A model generated the notes under the pieces. That model saw only the letters and a program-made list of their open reading frames with translations, searched no databases and was not told the DNA's origin. Both the position numbers and the translations under genes were made by a program. A DNA stretch of 32,000 nucleotides from Candidatus Helarchaeota ASGARD archaeon Hel_GB_B (lineage in GTDB: Archaea; Asgardarchaeota; Lokiarchaeia; Helarchaeales; HEL-GB-B), in NCBI GenBank assembly GCA_005191425.1, contig SUPR01000030.1:1-32000 (forward strand), read 5' to 3'. Positions within the stretch are counted from its first letter, which is position 1. Every line of letters starts with the position of its first letter. This document shows, in pieces, positions 1 to 10,579 of this stretch.

Positions 1-313
1 TTAGATAATTTTATGAAATATTTCTTATTTAAATGTTTCCGTTAATATTATAAGACTTTTTTCCCAACAAAATTTAATTTTTTAATGAATATTTTATTTT
101 CAATTTTTTTAAATATTTTAACTTAATTTAATTATTAATATCGTTATTTCATTTTTAAATCTCCAAATTATCTACTATCTAAATATTATCCCAATACTAT
201 TTATATATGCAAATTAACTAAAAATCATGTTTTATTTTTTTATTAGAAAAATTTTTGAAAATATTTCTTTTTATATTTAGTAATTTTTTTCTTTAATGAA
301 TTAGGTGCCTTTT

Positions 314-1618
314 ATGAAGGAAAGAATATATACAAATGAAGCCATTAATTTTAAAGATGGTTCAACAGTAAAATTGCTTGGATGGATACATACTATCCGA
401 GAACTTGGCAAAATCATTTTCTGGCAACTCCGCGATGCTAAAGGTATCGTCCAAATCGTTATTATCAACCCTAAAAAAAGAGATGATATTGAATTAATTA
501 AAAAAATAAAAAATGAATTCGTCGTCGAAATCATTGGGACTATTTCTCACAATGAAAAAGCTCCAAATGGCGTTGAAATTTTACTTGAGTCCGTCAATAT
601 TATCGCGCCTGCAGTTAGTCCCTTACCATTTAGCGTCGATGATAAAACTCCAGCTAATTTCGATACCCGCCTAAAATACCGATATCTCGATATTAGAAGA
701 CTTAAAGTCCACGCTATTTTTAAAGTCAGGGGCGCTGTCATCGAAGGGGCCCGTGAATATTTTAAATCCAATGATTTCACTGAAATCCATACCCCAAAAA
801 TTATTTCGGTCGGCGCTGAAGGCGGTACTACTTTATTCCCCGTCTACTATTTCGGAAAAGAAGTTTATCTCGCTCAAAGTCCTCAATTCTATAAACAACT
901 CGCTATCCTGGGTTTTGAAAAAGTCTTTGAAATTGCACCATTCTTCAGAGCAGAAAAGTCCCGGACCAGAAGACACCTGGCTGAATCCTGGGGAATTGAT
1001 GTCGAAGTCGCCTTCGCTAATGAACAAGACCTGATGGACATTCAAGAAGACCTCCTAATTTCTATCTTTAAATACGTCAAAAAATCGTGCCCCAATGAAT
1101 TAAAATTGTATAATATTGACTTGAATATCCCCAAAAAACCATTCCCAAGGATCACTTTCCATGAAGCAGCAAAAATCGCCCTCGAACATGGAATTAAAGT
1201 AGACCTAAATTCTGACCTATCTGCTGAAGCCGAAGCAATCGTCAGGTCTAAATTTGACTCACCATTCTTTATTACTGAATTTCCTCTTAGTTGCATCGCC
1301 TTTTATTACGGACCTCATGAAAAAGACCCCTCTCTTTCCTATAAACTTGACCTCTTGTTCCCAGGTAAAAATGGACTCGAATTGAGCTCTGGAGGACGTA
1401 GGTGCACTGACCCAAATGTCTTGATCGAGCGAGCTAAAAAAGCCGGCATTAATCCCGATTCACTTGGCTGGTACCTTGAAATGTTTAAAGTCGGTGGAAT
1501 ACCACCTCACTCAGGCTTCGGTATGGGCATCGATAGACTCGTTATGATGATCCTGAGACTCCCTAATGTCCAAGAAGCTGTCCTATGCCCAAGGACTATA
1601 GATATACTTAGCCCATAA
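314..1618 (+). CDS. aspS: Archaeal-type aspartyl-tRNA synthetase, probably non-discriminating (Asp/Asn)
   Basis: N-terminal OB fold (GWIHTIRELG), LAQSPQFYKQ with the Asp-specifying Lys, motif 2 FRAEKSRTRRHLAE, motif 3 PPHSGFGMGIDRL. His in WIH and Pro in KAP match the non-discriminating signature. The ORF track starts at GTG 305; ATG 314 is preferred. Confidence 0.92.
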   Translation: MKERIYTNEAINFKDGSTVKLLGWIHTIRELGKIIFWQLRDAKGIVQIVIINPKKRDDIELIKKIKNEFVVEIIGTISHNEKAPNGVEILLESVNIIAPAVSPLPFSVDDKTPANFDTRLKYRYLDIRRLKVHAIFKVRGAVIEGAREYFKSNDFTEIHTPKIISVGAEGGTTLFPVYYFGKEVYLAQSPQFYKQLAILGFEKVFEIAPFFRAEKSRTRRHLAESWGIDVEVAFANEQDLMDIQEDLLISIFKYVKKSCPNELKLYNIDLNIPKKPFPRITFHEAAKIALEHGIKVDLNSDLSAEAEAIVRSKFDSPFFITEFPLSCIAFYYGPHEKDPSLSYKLDLLFPGKNGLELSSGGRRCTDPNVLIERAKKAGINPDSLGWYLEMFKVGGIPPHSGFGMGIDRLVMMILRLPNVQEAVLCPRTIDILSP

Positions 1619-2698
1619 TCATTTCACTTGATAAAAACTCTTTATTATCTATATTTAATCCTAAAAAATATTCTAAACAAAATTTAATAACCACTAAATT
1701 CCCCCGCATATCCTCTTTAATAAAATCCCTAATATAAACATCTGAAACGATCCCCCATATAAAATCTTTTTGTGTTTTAATTTTTTCAGGGTTCTACAAT
1801 CCACCGCTAATATAAAATGGTAATTTTCAAATAAAACGGTATAAATTAAATTCTTTATAAGTAATCGTAGATTTAAACATAAAATAAGAAGATCTTATAA
1901 AAATTATGGAGCAATTCATTGCCTTTTTAAGTATTTTCTTTACCAATTCCAGAAATTCTCACCTTGTTAAATAAAAGTTTAAAATTAATTTCTAAAAAGA
2001 CTCTGCTCTATTACCACCAAAATTGAGCAACATTTTGAGTGTACTAAATTTTTATTTAACAATATTAGATGTCATTTATTTATTTTCAAATACTATGAAA
2101 ATAATTTCCAGTATTTCACTAATATAATAATTATTATTCTTAATTGGATTGATTTAATTGAATTTTCTATGGCGTAGTTACATTTTTTTTATTTTTACAT
2201 TTTTGGACTCTCCTGTAATATTAAAGTTCATGATTTTATCAAACCTTACATCAATACATTTTTGTCCTGGTCTATGATTAATATAACATAAAAAATTGTC
2301 CCGCCAATTCTACTAAGAGTTTCATTTTTAAAAACAATATTACTGCTCCTTTTAGATGCCCATACCTACCTTTTCCACGCAAAATTATAAATATGTACTA
2401 TTATTTATTTAAATAAAGTATGTCCAGACGGACTACTGCAATTAAGCATTAATAATATGTTTTTCAAACCAATTCTACTATTTTTAAATAATTTTAAAAG
2501 GAACTGGGCCATTTTATCGATAATTTTTTGAAATATATGACTGATACCTATTTAAAATTAAGTATTCTGACCTTTTATAATAAACTTGTGATTAGACCAA
2601 TAAGAATCAGAATTCTTAAAGTATGTTTATAATAATCAAGGAATATGTAAAGAGAAATTAGTTTAAATTTATTAAAATTTAATAAAAAAGCGAATATT

Positions 2699-3685
2699 AT
2701 GAAAAACGATTACGATCTTTTTGTTGAGAAAAGACATTTGATTGATTATATATATCTTTTAAGAGCCTTAAAGTTATCTAAACCAGGTATTATTAAATTA
2801 TTTAAAGATCCGAAAATTACAATTTCCCATTTTAAAGATTTTGAACGAGATAAAATTGTTAAATATCTTTCAACAAAGAAAAACTATTTTAAAAATTATG
2901 AAAAAATAGAAAAATTATTTACTTTAGAATATTGCAACGAAAATTATAAAAGAATTGAAGACATGGTGAATTTTTGTGAATTGAATGATATAAAAATATA
3001 CAAAGCTTATGATAATAAAATTCCAAAAATATTTAAAAATTTAAGTGTTAATAATAGGGATTTAATTTTTATAAAAGGTAGTATTTTGGATTTAGATTTA
3101 AAGTCATATTCTATATGTGGAAGTAGAACTCCGACCCCTATTGCTCTTCAAAAGACTCGCAAAATTGCTCGATATTTGTCTTCTAATAATTTTACCTTAA
3201 TCAATGGATTCGCTAGGGGTATTGATATTGAAGCTTTTAAAGGGACTGCCGATGTAAATGGTAGATATATAGCTATTTTAGCTTCAGGTATTGAGAATAT
3301 TTATCCTCCTGAACATAAAAAATTTGTAAAATATATTGTAAATAATGGTGCATTGGTCTCTCAAAGATTAATCTGGAAGCAGGTAAATAAATTATCATTA
3401 CAAATTCGCAATAGATTATCCGCTAAACTTTCTCTTGGTACTATTTTCATCGAAGGTAATTATAAATCTGGTACAAAATGGCAGCTAAAGTTTGCTAAAG
3501 AAGCAGATAAACCAATATTTTATCTTGAACCTGAAAATTGGGACAATCCAAATTCTCATATACTTAATATCGTAAAAAATGAGGGTGGACATAAAATTAA
3601 TAAGGATTTATCTAATTTAGATGAAATTAAATCTATACTCGAGAAAAAATATCTCGATACTAATATTCATAGGAGAAATAAATAA
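2699..3685 (+). CDS. dprA: DprA/SMF (SLOG family) DNA-processing protein
   Basis: Motifs SICGSRTPT, INGFARGID, AILASGIENIYPPEH, RNRLSAKLS, IEGNYKSGT; about 100 aa Lys-rich N-terminal extension. Confidence 0.88.
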   Translation: MKNDYDLFVEKRHLIDYIYLLRALKLSKPGIIKLFKDPKITISHFKDFERDKIVKYLSTKKNYFKNYEKIEKLFTLEYCNENYKRIEDMVNFCELNDIKIYKAYDNKIPKIFKNLSVNNRDLIFIKGSILDLDLKSYSICGSRTPTPIALQKTRKIARYLSSNNFTLINGFARGIDIEAFKGTADVNGRYIAILASGIENIYPPEHKKFVKYIVNNGALVSQRLIWKQVNKLSLQIRNRLSAKLSLGTIFIEGNYKSGTKWQLKFAKEADKPIFYLEPENWDNPNSHILNIVKNEGGHKINKDLSNLDEIKSILEKKYLDTNIHRRNK

Positions 3686-3914
3686 AATTGGGTAAAAGTT
3701 CATGGAAATAAAATGAAATATCCACTCAATTCTACGTCATTTCGTCCTTGATATAAGTTTTTAATAAAAACATCTCAAATATGCTCTATGTAATATTTTT
3801 TTTAGAAACTTATTTTCTCTAAATTTTAGAAAATTAATTGAAATTTGTTTATCTATAATTTCTTTAGTAAAATTATTATATTTTTTTCAAATTTATTTTA
3901 TTCAGGTTTTAATT

Positions 3915-4880
3915 ATGACATACTTAATTTTTAACGGTGTTATTTTTCTTATTATAGGGATTTTTTTAATAATACTATCAAGCAATTTAGCCGTGGTGCA
4001 TTCAATAAAACTTTCTAGTGCTTTAGGAATATCTTCATTGATAGTTGGTATAGTTTTTGTAGGTATCGGGACCAATATGCCCGAAATTCTTAACTCAATC
4101 ATTTCATGTGCGTTAGGTCATGGAGATATCGATGCAGGAGATTCTATTGGGTCTGTACTAGCTCAACTAACCCTTGTTTTTGGTTTAATCCCTATCATTG
4201 GTCGCCGATTTTTTAAGATCGATAAAAAAGAAATCTTAATTATAGGTAGCTGCGTTATCCTTGCTCTTTTTCTTGTATATGCTGTAGTTGAAAAAGGCTT
4301 TTTTACCAGACTTGATGCCTTATTCTTAATTTTAAGTACACCCATCTACATGCTTATTACCAAATTGTTTTCAAGTAAAGGAACTTTGGACGACATTAAA
4401 AAAGAAACAATCGAAATTAAATATAAAGACAAAAAATCCAAAAAATTTCACTTATTTATCGCTATTTTAGGCTTTATAGGTGTTGGTGGAGGGTCTTATA
4501 TTATCATTAATTCAATTATCGAATTGTCATCCGTTCTTAATATCTACGAATATAATATCTCATTCTATATCGCTGCTATTGGGACCTCGCTTCCTGAATT
4601 ATCTGTCGATATTACCGCAATTCGTAAAAAAGAATATAAATTATTAATAGGAGACATTTTCGGAAGCTGTATTATTGACGCCAGCCTGTCAATTAGTATA
4701 GGCCAATTCTTTTTCCCACAATCTGTATCAGCTGACCTCGCTTCCACTACCATTATTTTTACTTTAATTGCATCTTCTTTGGTCATTTTTTTGCTCGTGA
4801 TCAGAGGTAAAGTTGATAGAAAATCCGGAATTATCTTTATAATTATTTATTTCTTTTCCTATTTGTTATTTTTTATTTAA
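3915..4880 (+). CDS. Sodium/calcium exchanger family antiporter (CaCA, YrbG-like)
   Basis: Two alpha-repeats GIGTNMPE and AIGTSLPE, GDSIGS / GDIFGS, about 10 hydrophobic segments. Confidence 0.9.
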   Translation: MTYLIFNGVIFLIIGIFLIILSSNLAVVHSIKLSSALGISSLIVGIVFVGIGTNMPEILNSIISCALGHGDIDAGDSIGSVLAQLTLVFGLIPIIGRRFFKIDKKEILIIGSCVILALFLVYAVVEKGFFTRLDALFLILSTPIYMLITKLFSSKGTLDDIKKETIEIKYKDKKSKKFHLFIAILGFIGVGGGSYIIINSIIELSSVLNIYEYNISFYIAAIGTSLPELSVDITAIRKKEYKLLIGDIFGSCIIDASLSISIGQFFFPQSVSADLASTTIIFTLIASSLVIFLLVIRGKVDRKSGIIFIIIYFFSYLLFFI

Positions 4881-5040
4881 TTTTTTATTTAATTTATAAT
4901 TTCAATAGAGTTTTAATGAAATGAATTTATTTTTTATTTTCCATCAATAAAATTACACACCCCCTCTTATTTAAATTTGTTAACCTTTTTTTTGTTGTAA
5001 TTTTGTTAAAAAAAAAATAGCTGATAGATATGAATTAAAG

Positions 5041-5339
5041 ATAGGACATGTTAAATTAGCCATTAAATATTATTCTTTAGAGATATTGGAGTTTATAAAA
5101 AAATAGGAGCAACCCCGCTGTTGATATTAATCCAATGAGTTCAAGTATTGTTAAAGCAATATAAGAATACATTAGAATATTTCAAGCATTATTATCATGG
5201 ATTTATAAAATTAGGGCTAAAATTTTCAGATTTAACAAAGATGTGGTATTATCATTCCTTAGAAGATGTTGACAACACTCTAAAAAAATTGGAAAAGAAA
5301 ATAAACGTTAAGAAATCTTTTTTAATTTCATTTTTCTAA
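5041..5339 (+). pseudogene. Possible decayed TPR-repeat gene remnant
   Basis: Stop-interrupted frames read IGHVKLAIKYYSLEILE and YKNTLEYFKHYYHGFIKLG, resembling TPR helices. No proper start codon. Confidence 0.25.
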
Positions 5340-5598
5340 AAGGATACAAATTTATTTATATATTAATTAGAGATAAGAATTTAAAAAAATTTGAAAATTT
5401 GGAAGATTTGTCTTTAATGTGAAAAATTTAATTTTTTAATTCAATGATTAAGCTAATTAACTCAAGTTTTTATTTAAAAAATAAAAAAAATACATATTAA
5501 ATGTATATTTATATAAATGATTAAATATTGACGTCCTTAACTTTTTGTTTATTTTATTCAACTTTATTTTGGTTTATTCTTTTTTCTCTAATTCTTAC

Positions 5599-7323
5599 TT
5601 ACTTTTTCTTTTTTCCATATTTAAAATATAATACCAATCCTACTGCAGCCGCTGATATTACAATAATTAAAATATATATCCACGTCGTTGATATTGTTTG
5701 TAATGATGCTGATTGTAAATCTACTTTTACATAATTTGTATAATTAACGTTTCCCGCCGAGTCGACCAGCCAAATGTATATAGTATGATTTCCGCTATCG
5801 AGCATATTAACTATAATTTGACTGATATTTACTCCTGCAACGTAGGTACCGTCTTTATTTGAACTTGGTGGAGAATCTACCTTATAATACACTCCTATTA
5901 TCCCTGATAAATCATTTGGGTTAGTCCAACTTATTACGAACGAATTCATATACGAAACAACTTGATTTACCTTTACGTCCGTTATCTTTCCTATGGATAT
6001 ATCTTTATAAAAATTCCATGACGGAGCTGACCCATTATTTATATTATTTAAATCGTCCCAGGCTTTGAAATATATTACGTGTAATCCTTCGGTCAATGAA
6101 TTCCAAATAGAACTCGATACCTTAAAGTTTGTGGTAACTTTATTTCCTGGATTGTCTGTGAATATTGCAGTCCAGCCAGTCGTATTAAAACCTGATGGTG
6201 TATATGAATCTATTTTATAATAAGCGTCGTCTAGTGAAAAAGAATCCGTAAAATTTACCTGGACCGTGGGCGGAGAATTGTAATAATTGCCATTCGTTAT
6301 ATTGAACGAAATAGACGGACTCGTTGTATCTATCTTAATAATTGAAGTATTACCTTGAATACCCAAGTTACCGTTAAGATTTTTTGCTCTAAATCTTATA
6401 GTATTAAATACGTCAGAGTCTTGCCCAAAAGGCACCGCATTTACTTTTGCATATAGCCACCCAGTATCTCCATTTTCTGCCAAGTTAGTACACAGTGGGT
6501 CTTCATAGACGCCATCTACTTGAGCCCAATTGTTAGGACTCACTGAACCAGTTGTCGAATAAGCGTATTGAACCGAGGAGATATTGATACCATCTTTTTC
6601 AAGACAAAATTTTGCGACGACTGTTGGAGTCTGATTTTTAGACCACCCAATTGGAGTATAAATTGAAAAAGAATCTAATTTACTATACATAACCAGAAAC
6701 GCGTCATTATTGCCTGCTCCAAAACTATAAGTTTCTCCATTAATATACACGTTATTATCCCCGTCCACTGCTACACCACAACCATCATCTTTAGCCGAAC
6801 CGCCCCAAGTTAAGTTCCACAACTGGACACCGTTTGGATTATATTTCGCCAATAATGCATCACCTCCACCACCCGCCGTATATCCATTAATATACACGTT
6901 GTTCTCCCCGTCCACCGCCACATCATAACCATAATCGCTAGACGCACCGCCCCACGTCACGTTCCATAACCGAAGTCCACTTGGATCATACTTTACCAGA
7001 AACGCGTCATCACTGCCCGCTCCAAAACTATAAGTCTCTCCACTAATATACACGTTGTTCTCACCGTCCACCACCACTCCATAACCATTATCGATAGACC
7101 AACCGCCCCACGTTGTATTATATTCCTTTAAATATAAATTATTGTCTTCTAACGTTGATAACTTAATTTTCCCATCTTTATAACTGTGACTATCATTTGG
7201 ATTATTATTGGACACTCCAGCACTCATTAAAGATTGATCATTGAAATATAGTATTGAATAGGTCGATAACATAAGTAAGATTGTAAATGCAAATATTAAA
7301 ACCTTTAAATTTTTAATTTTCAT
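5599..7323 (-). CDS. Secreted, C-terminally anchored surface protein with three SBBP-type beta-propeller repeats and Ig-like domains
   Basis: N-terminal basic plus hydrophobic signal (KIKNLKVLIFAFTILLML), three repeats of WGG..D.G..V.VDG.NNVYI.G.T...DA.L..Y, Ig-like DTTSP linkers, C-terminal TM helix followed by KYGKKKK. The ORF track starts at GTG 7332; ATG 7323 is preferred. Confidence 0.8.
   Translation of the reverse strand: MKIKNLKVLIFAFTILLMLSTYSILYFNDQSLMSAGVSNNNPNDSHSYKDGKIKLSTLEDNNLYLKEYNTTWGGWSIDNGYGVVVDGENNVYISGETYSFGAGSDDAFLVKYDPSGLRLWNVTWGGASSDYGYDVAVDGENNVYINGYTAGGGGDALLAKYNPNGVQLWNLTWGGSAKDDGCGVAVDGDNNVYINGETYSFGAGNNDAFLVMYSKLDSFSIYTPIGWSKNQTPTVVAKFCLEKDGINISSVQYAYSTTGSVSPNNWAQVDGVYEDPLCTNLAENGDTGWLYAKVNAVPFGQDSDVFNTIRFRAKNLNGNLGIQGNTSIIKIDTTSPSISFNITNGNYYNSPPTVQVNFTDSFSLDDAYYKIDSYTPSGFNTTGWTAIFTDNPGNKVTTNFKVSSSIWNSLTEGLHVIYFKAWDDLNNINNGSAPSWNFYKDISIGKITDVKVNQVVSYMNSFVISWTNPNDLSGIIGVYYKVDSPPSSNKDGTYVAGVNISQIIVNMLDSGNHTIYIWLVDSAGNVNYTNYVKVDLQSASLQTISTTWIYILIIVISAAAVGLVLYFKYGKKKK
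6690..7112. repeat. Intragenic tandem repeats encoding three propeller blades
   Basis: Near-identical DNA blocks recur: ACCAGAAACGCGTCAT (about 6692 and 6995), CCAAAACTATAAGT and TAATATACACGTT. Confidence 0.85.
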
Positions 7324-7983
7324 TCTTCTCACTTTACATATTATTCCTTTATTTTATATTATATTTTATATTATAATTTACCAATTTTTATATAAAAGTA
7401 CTTTCACAAATCCTATTTAATTTTTTGATTTAAATAACCATTCGATGAAATAAAGTTCTTATTTTCATTTTTTAAACCTCTTATACTTCTATTATATTAC
7501 TTCTATTTATTTCCTCTTTATATGATATTGAATGCTTTTGTAAATTCCAATACTTTTTTTGTCACAGATTCTTTTCTTTTAATTTTTTCAACTCTTTCTT
7601 TTTTTCACCTCCTTTCTATTTAGTTTAATACTAACCAACATCGACCTTCTTACCATTATCTTCCCCAATTTCCCCCTTTTTTTATCTCCTTTACAAACCC
7701 CAAAAATTCTCTTATCGCTAAATAAAAATTTAAAGTTAATTTCCAGTGAAAAAAAAGTATCCAGATGTTAAAAAATCTCTTCTACTTTTATCAAACAATT
7801 TTCTATAATAACTTCAAAAAAAGAAAAAAACGTCATTTTTTATGATATTTAATCCATCTTGTTCCATTTGTCCGATTTCTAATTGATAATAAAAACTTTT
7901 TAATAAATTTATAATGAATACCCAAATTAACCATAGAAATTTTTGAAATATTTGATGGTTTCCTTATTATTTCCCATTTTTTA

Positions 7984-9420
7984 CTATTTAACTTTAAATC
8001 CATATTTTTTTAATGAATTTTTCATGTCATTTTTAAAGGATTCAGGGGTACCTTCTAAAAATGCTCCTACCATATCTATACCCTCTACAATATCCGAATT
8101 TCTTGACTTTGCCTTCTGTTCTGCCATTGTCCCAATAGCTATTTTTGCAATTTGCCTAAAATGCTCCGGCGTTTCTAATATAATCTTGTCGAATATTTCT
8201 TTTATCCTTGGTTCCCATCTCATCCCTTCAGATTTCTCACTTTTTTTAATTTCCTCTTTCGGTTCAATCCCAAACTCTCGTCCTGTGGTTAAGTCTTTTA
8301 GATATGTTTTTAATATTGCTACATATGATTTAACTCTCTCTTCATCTCTTATTATTGCTTTCTGCGCCCATTTAGAACAATAATCACATTCATCACACAT
8401 CGCATTACAGTTCTGATTCTTGAAAAATTCAATAAACCCATCTAACTTTGTATTATCAATTATAATTTTTGATTTTTGTTCTAAATCCAAGCATTTCCTC
8501 ATCCCTTCAATTGGATCCTTCTGATATGTCCCTTCCGCTGAAATAGAAATAGCCTGTATAATATCAATTAAATTTCCTTTATACTCCCGATTTGAATACG
8601 CATTAACTGACCTAATTATCCAATTCGTTGGCATTCTACGCCCTGCTATCTTAAAATTTTTTATCCCTATTCTCTCATAATGCACCAAATCTTCAGGCCT
8701 TATCCACCTACATTTTATTAACTCCACTGGATCTGAATATTTTATAATACTACAATTTAATATACACGTATCTATATACTTACCTTTCATTGGGTGGTCA
8801 GTTTGCGAAGAATGCCCCATAAGGTTATAATGATAAAGCCGAAATGGACACTGAAATAAACACCCATCCGTTAATAGTAAATTTAACTCACAATTGTATT
8901 TTCTAAGCGCTTTTTGCATCTTCTCTAAAGTCTTAAAATCCCTATTTATCATAGCATCCGGTGTTATCTCTGATGCTCCTAACTCAGCATAAAATTTTGC
9001 CCGATTGACCGAATTCACCGTTGCAATTGTCGATACCCTTATTTTTAATTCTGGAAATTGCTCATGTATTATTTGTATCAAAAATGGTATCGTCACTATT
9101 ACATAATCTGATCCTATATTAACTATCCACTCGAGATACTCTATTATCTTTCTATAATACCCCTTGTCATATTCTATATTTCCTAAACATGGCGCATTTA
9201 ATAAATAAGCAAATTTCATCCTATTTTTGTGTACTTCCTTTATGTATTCAGTAATTTCCTCCTCTGAAACCTCGGGTAATAAAAATGACGGCCTACCTCC
9301 ACCTATCGGCGTATTTGGCGCACTACCATACAAGTCTCTAACCGGATATTTTATTATTTTCTCAATAAGTTCTGGATCCCAATTTGTCGCTACAGTAAAT
9401 CGTGCCATATATATCTCCAT
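7984..9420 (-). CDS. Peptidase U32 family protein (probable Fe-S enzyme) with a C-terminal PCP_red-like helical domain
   Basis: AYLLNAPCLGN, RVSTIATVNS, GCLFQCPFRLYHYN..CILNC, WIRPEDL..Y...GIKNFKIAGR, extra CNAMCDECDYC, tail WEPRIKEIFDKIILETPEHFRQIAK. Alternative start ATG 9408 has GGAG upstream. Confidence 0.82.
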   Translation of the reverse strand: MEIYMARFTVATNWDPELIEKIIKYPVRDLYGSAPNTPIGGGRPSFLLPEVSEEEITEYIKEVHKNRMKFAYLLNAPCLGNIEYDKGYYRKIIEYLEWIVNIGSDYVIVTIPFLIQIIHEQFPELKIRVSTIATVNSVNRAKFYAELGASEITPDAMINRDFKTLEKMQKALRKYNCELNLLLTDGCLFQCPFRLYHYNLMGHSSQTDHPMKGKYIDTCILNCSIIKYSDPVELIKCRWIRPEDLVHYERIGIKNFKIAGRRMPTNWIIRSVNAYSNREYKGNLIDIIQAISISAEGTYQKDPIEGMRKCLDLEQKSKIIIDNTKLDGFIEFFKNQNCNAMCDECDYCSKWAQKAIIRDEERVKSYVAILKTYLKDLTTGREFGIEPKEEIKKSEKSEGMRWEPRIKEIFDKIILETPEHFRQIAKIAIGTMAEQKAKSRNSDIVEGIDMVGAFLEGTPESFKNDMKNSLKKYGFKVK

Positions 9421-9986
9421 TAATCTTTTTTCATTTTTTTATTTTCTAACAAATTATTTTTGACTATTCTATAGCCTTTTTGGCTACTTTTTTATTATAT
9501 CTATTCAATATTCTTATTTTTTTAACCATTTATATGGTGCCCTACTCATTTATCTCGCTATTTAAAGATTTTTTAATGTAAAAATTAATATGAAATCTAA
9601 AATCTATTTTCTCATCTGCTCAATTTATCTTTATAAAAATAACTCAGGATTTCTTTTCATTATAGCTATAAATGCCCTTAATTACCTATTTAGACCTATT
9701 ATTTTATTTTTTTATTATTTTTCGCAACATCTTGCTCAATGTCCCTTCTATACCTCACTTATTTTTACTAATATTTGTAAAATCTTCCTTAATTTTATCT
9801 CACTGAAAATGAAATAAAATTATTTATATATTGTTAAAATACAAGACATTTTGAAAAAACTCGATTAACATTGAGACATATTATGTCTGGTGCTAATTGA
9901 TATCTATTTATCCCAGCAAGATATCTCCTCTCATTTATTTAAACTTTACGTATTTAGGTATCTATATAAATTAGGGTGCTAAATCC

Positions 9987-10412
9987 ATGGAAAGCGAGAT
10001 TGGGGAAAGTATTCCCAAAAAACCCGGGAAAATTAAAAGATTTGGCAGATTTCTGTCCAAAGTTGGCAAAAAAGTACTCCCTGCAGTCGCCGATATTGCT
10101 ACAGGTGTATTTATTGGCCCCGCAGTCGCCCCTATCACTCAATTTATTGCCTCCAAATTGACCAACTATGGTATTTCAATTGATGAAGCAGAATTAACAA
10201 CACTCCCAGAATCCTTTAGTAATTTAAAATCACTTCAAACTCTAAATTTAAGATATAATAGATTAGATACTCTCCCGGAATCGTTATGCAATTTACCAAA
10301 CCTTAAAGAAATAATGATTACCAAAAATATGTTAGGAACTCAAGCAAATTCTATTATCAAAAAATGCAAAAAGAAGGGTATTAAAATCAATGATCCAGAC
10401 GAAAGATATTAA
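9987..10412 (+). CDS. Short leucine-rich-repeat protein with a cationic amphipathic N-terminal helix
   Basis: LTTLPESFSNLKSLQTLNLRYNRLDTLPESLCNLPNLKEI matches the LRR consensus LxxLxLxxN; N-terminus KRFGRFLSKVGKKVLPAVADIA. Confidence 0.8.
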   Translation: MESEIGESIPKKPGKIKRFGRFLSKVGKKVLPAVADIATGVFIGPAVAPITQFIASKLTNYGISIDEAELTTLPESFSNLKSLQTLNLRYNRLDTLPESLCNLPNLKEIMITKNMLGTQANSIIKKCKKKGIKINDPDERY

Positions 10413-10579
10413 TTTTTATGTCTTTTATTAAAAAAATTTAATATTTGTTTTCTTTTCCTGTAAAATTTAATATCATCCCAAAATTTAATCTTTAATAAAC
10501 TTCATAATTCTTTTAGATTTATGCCTAAATTTTCTTAAATAAAAAAATAAATATTGAATTTTATTCTATCTTCTTAAAT

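Noticed and set aside
1898-2008. GNAT-like fragment (RISGIGKKILKKAMN) on the minus strand
   Set aside because: It is too short, has no start and is flanked by stops; it could be chance in AT-rich DNA.
6690-7112. Diversity-generating retroelement TR/VR pair
   Set aside because: The repeats are in-frame protein repeats, the differences are not adenine-specific, and no reverse transcriptase is in the window.
7740-7751. ORB-like TTTCCAGTGAAA
   Set aside because: It is isolated, lacks one core G and the G-string, and there is no skew change here.
7943-8383. 146 aa plus-strand ORF and other short overlapping ORFs in the track (e.g. 14498-14884, 18930-19277, 29893-30201)
   Set aside because: These are antisense or alternate-frame shadows of well-supported genes with no recognisable motifs.
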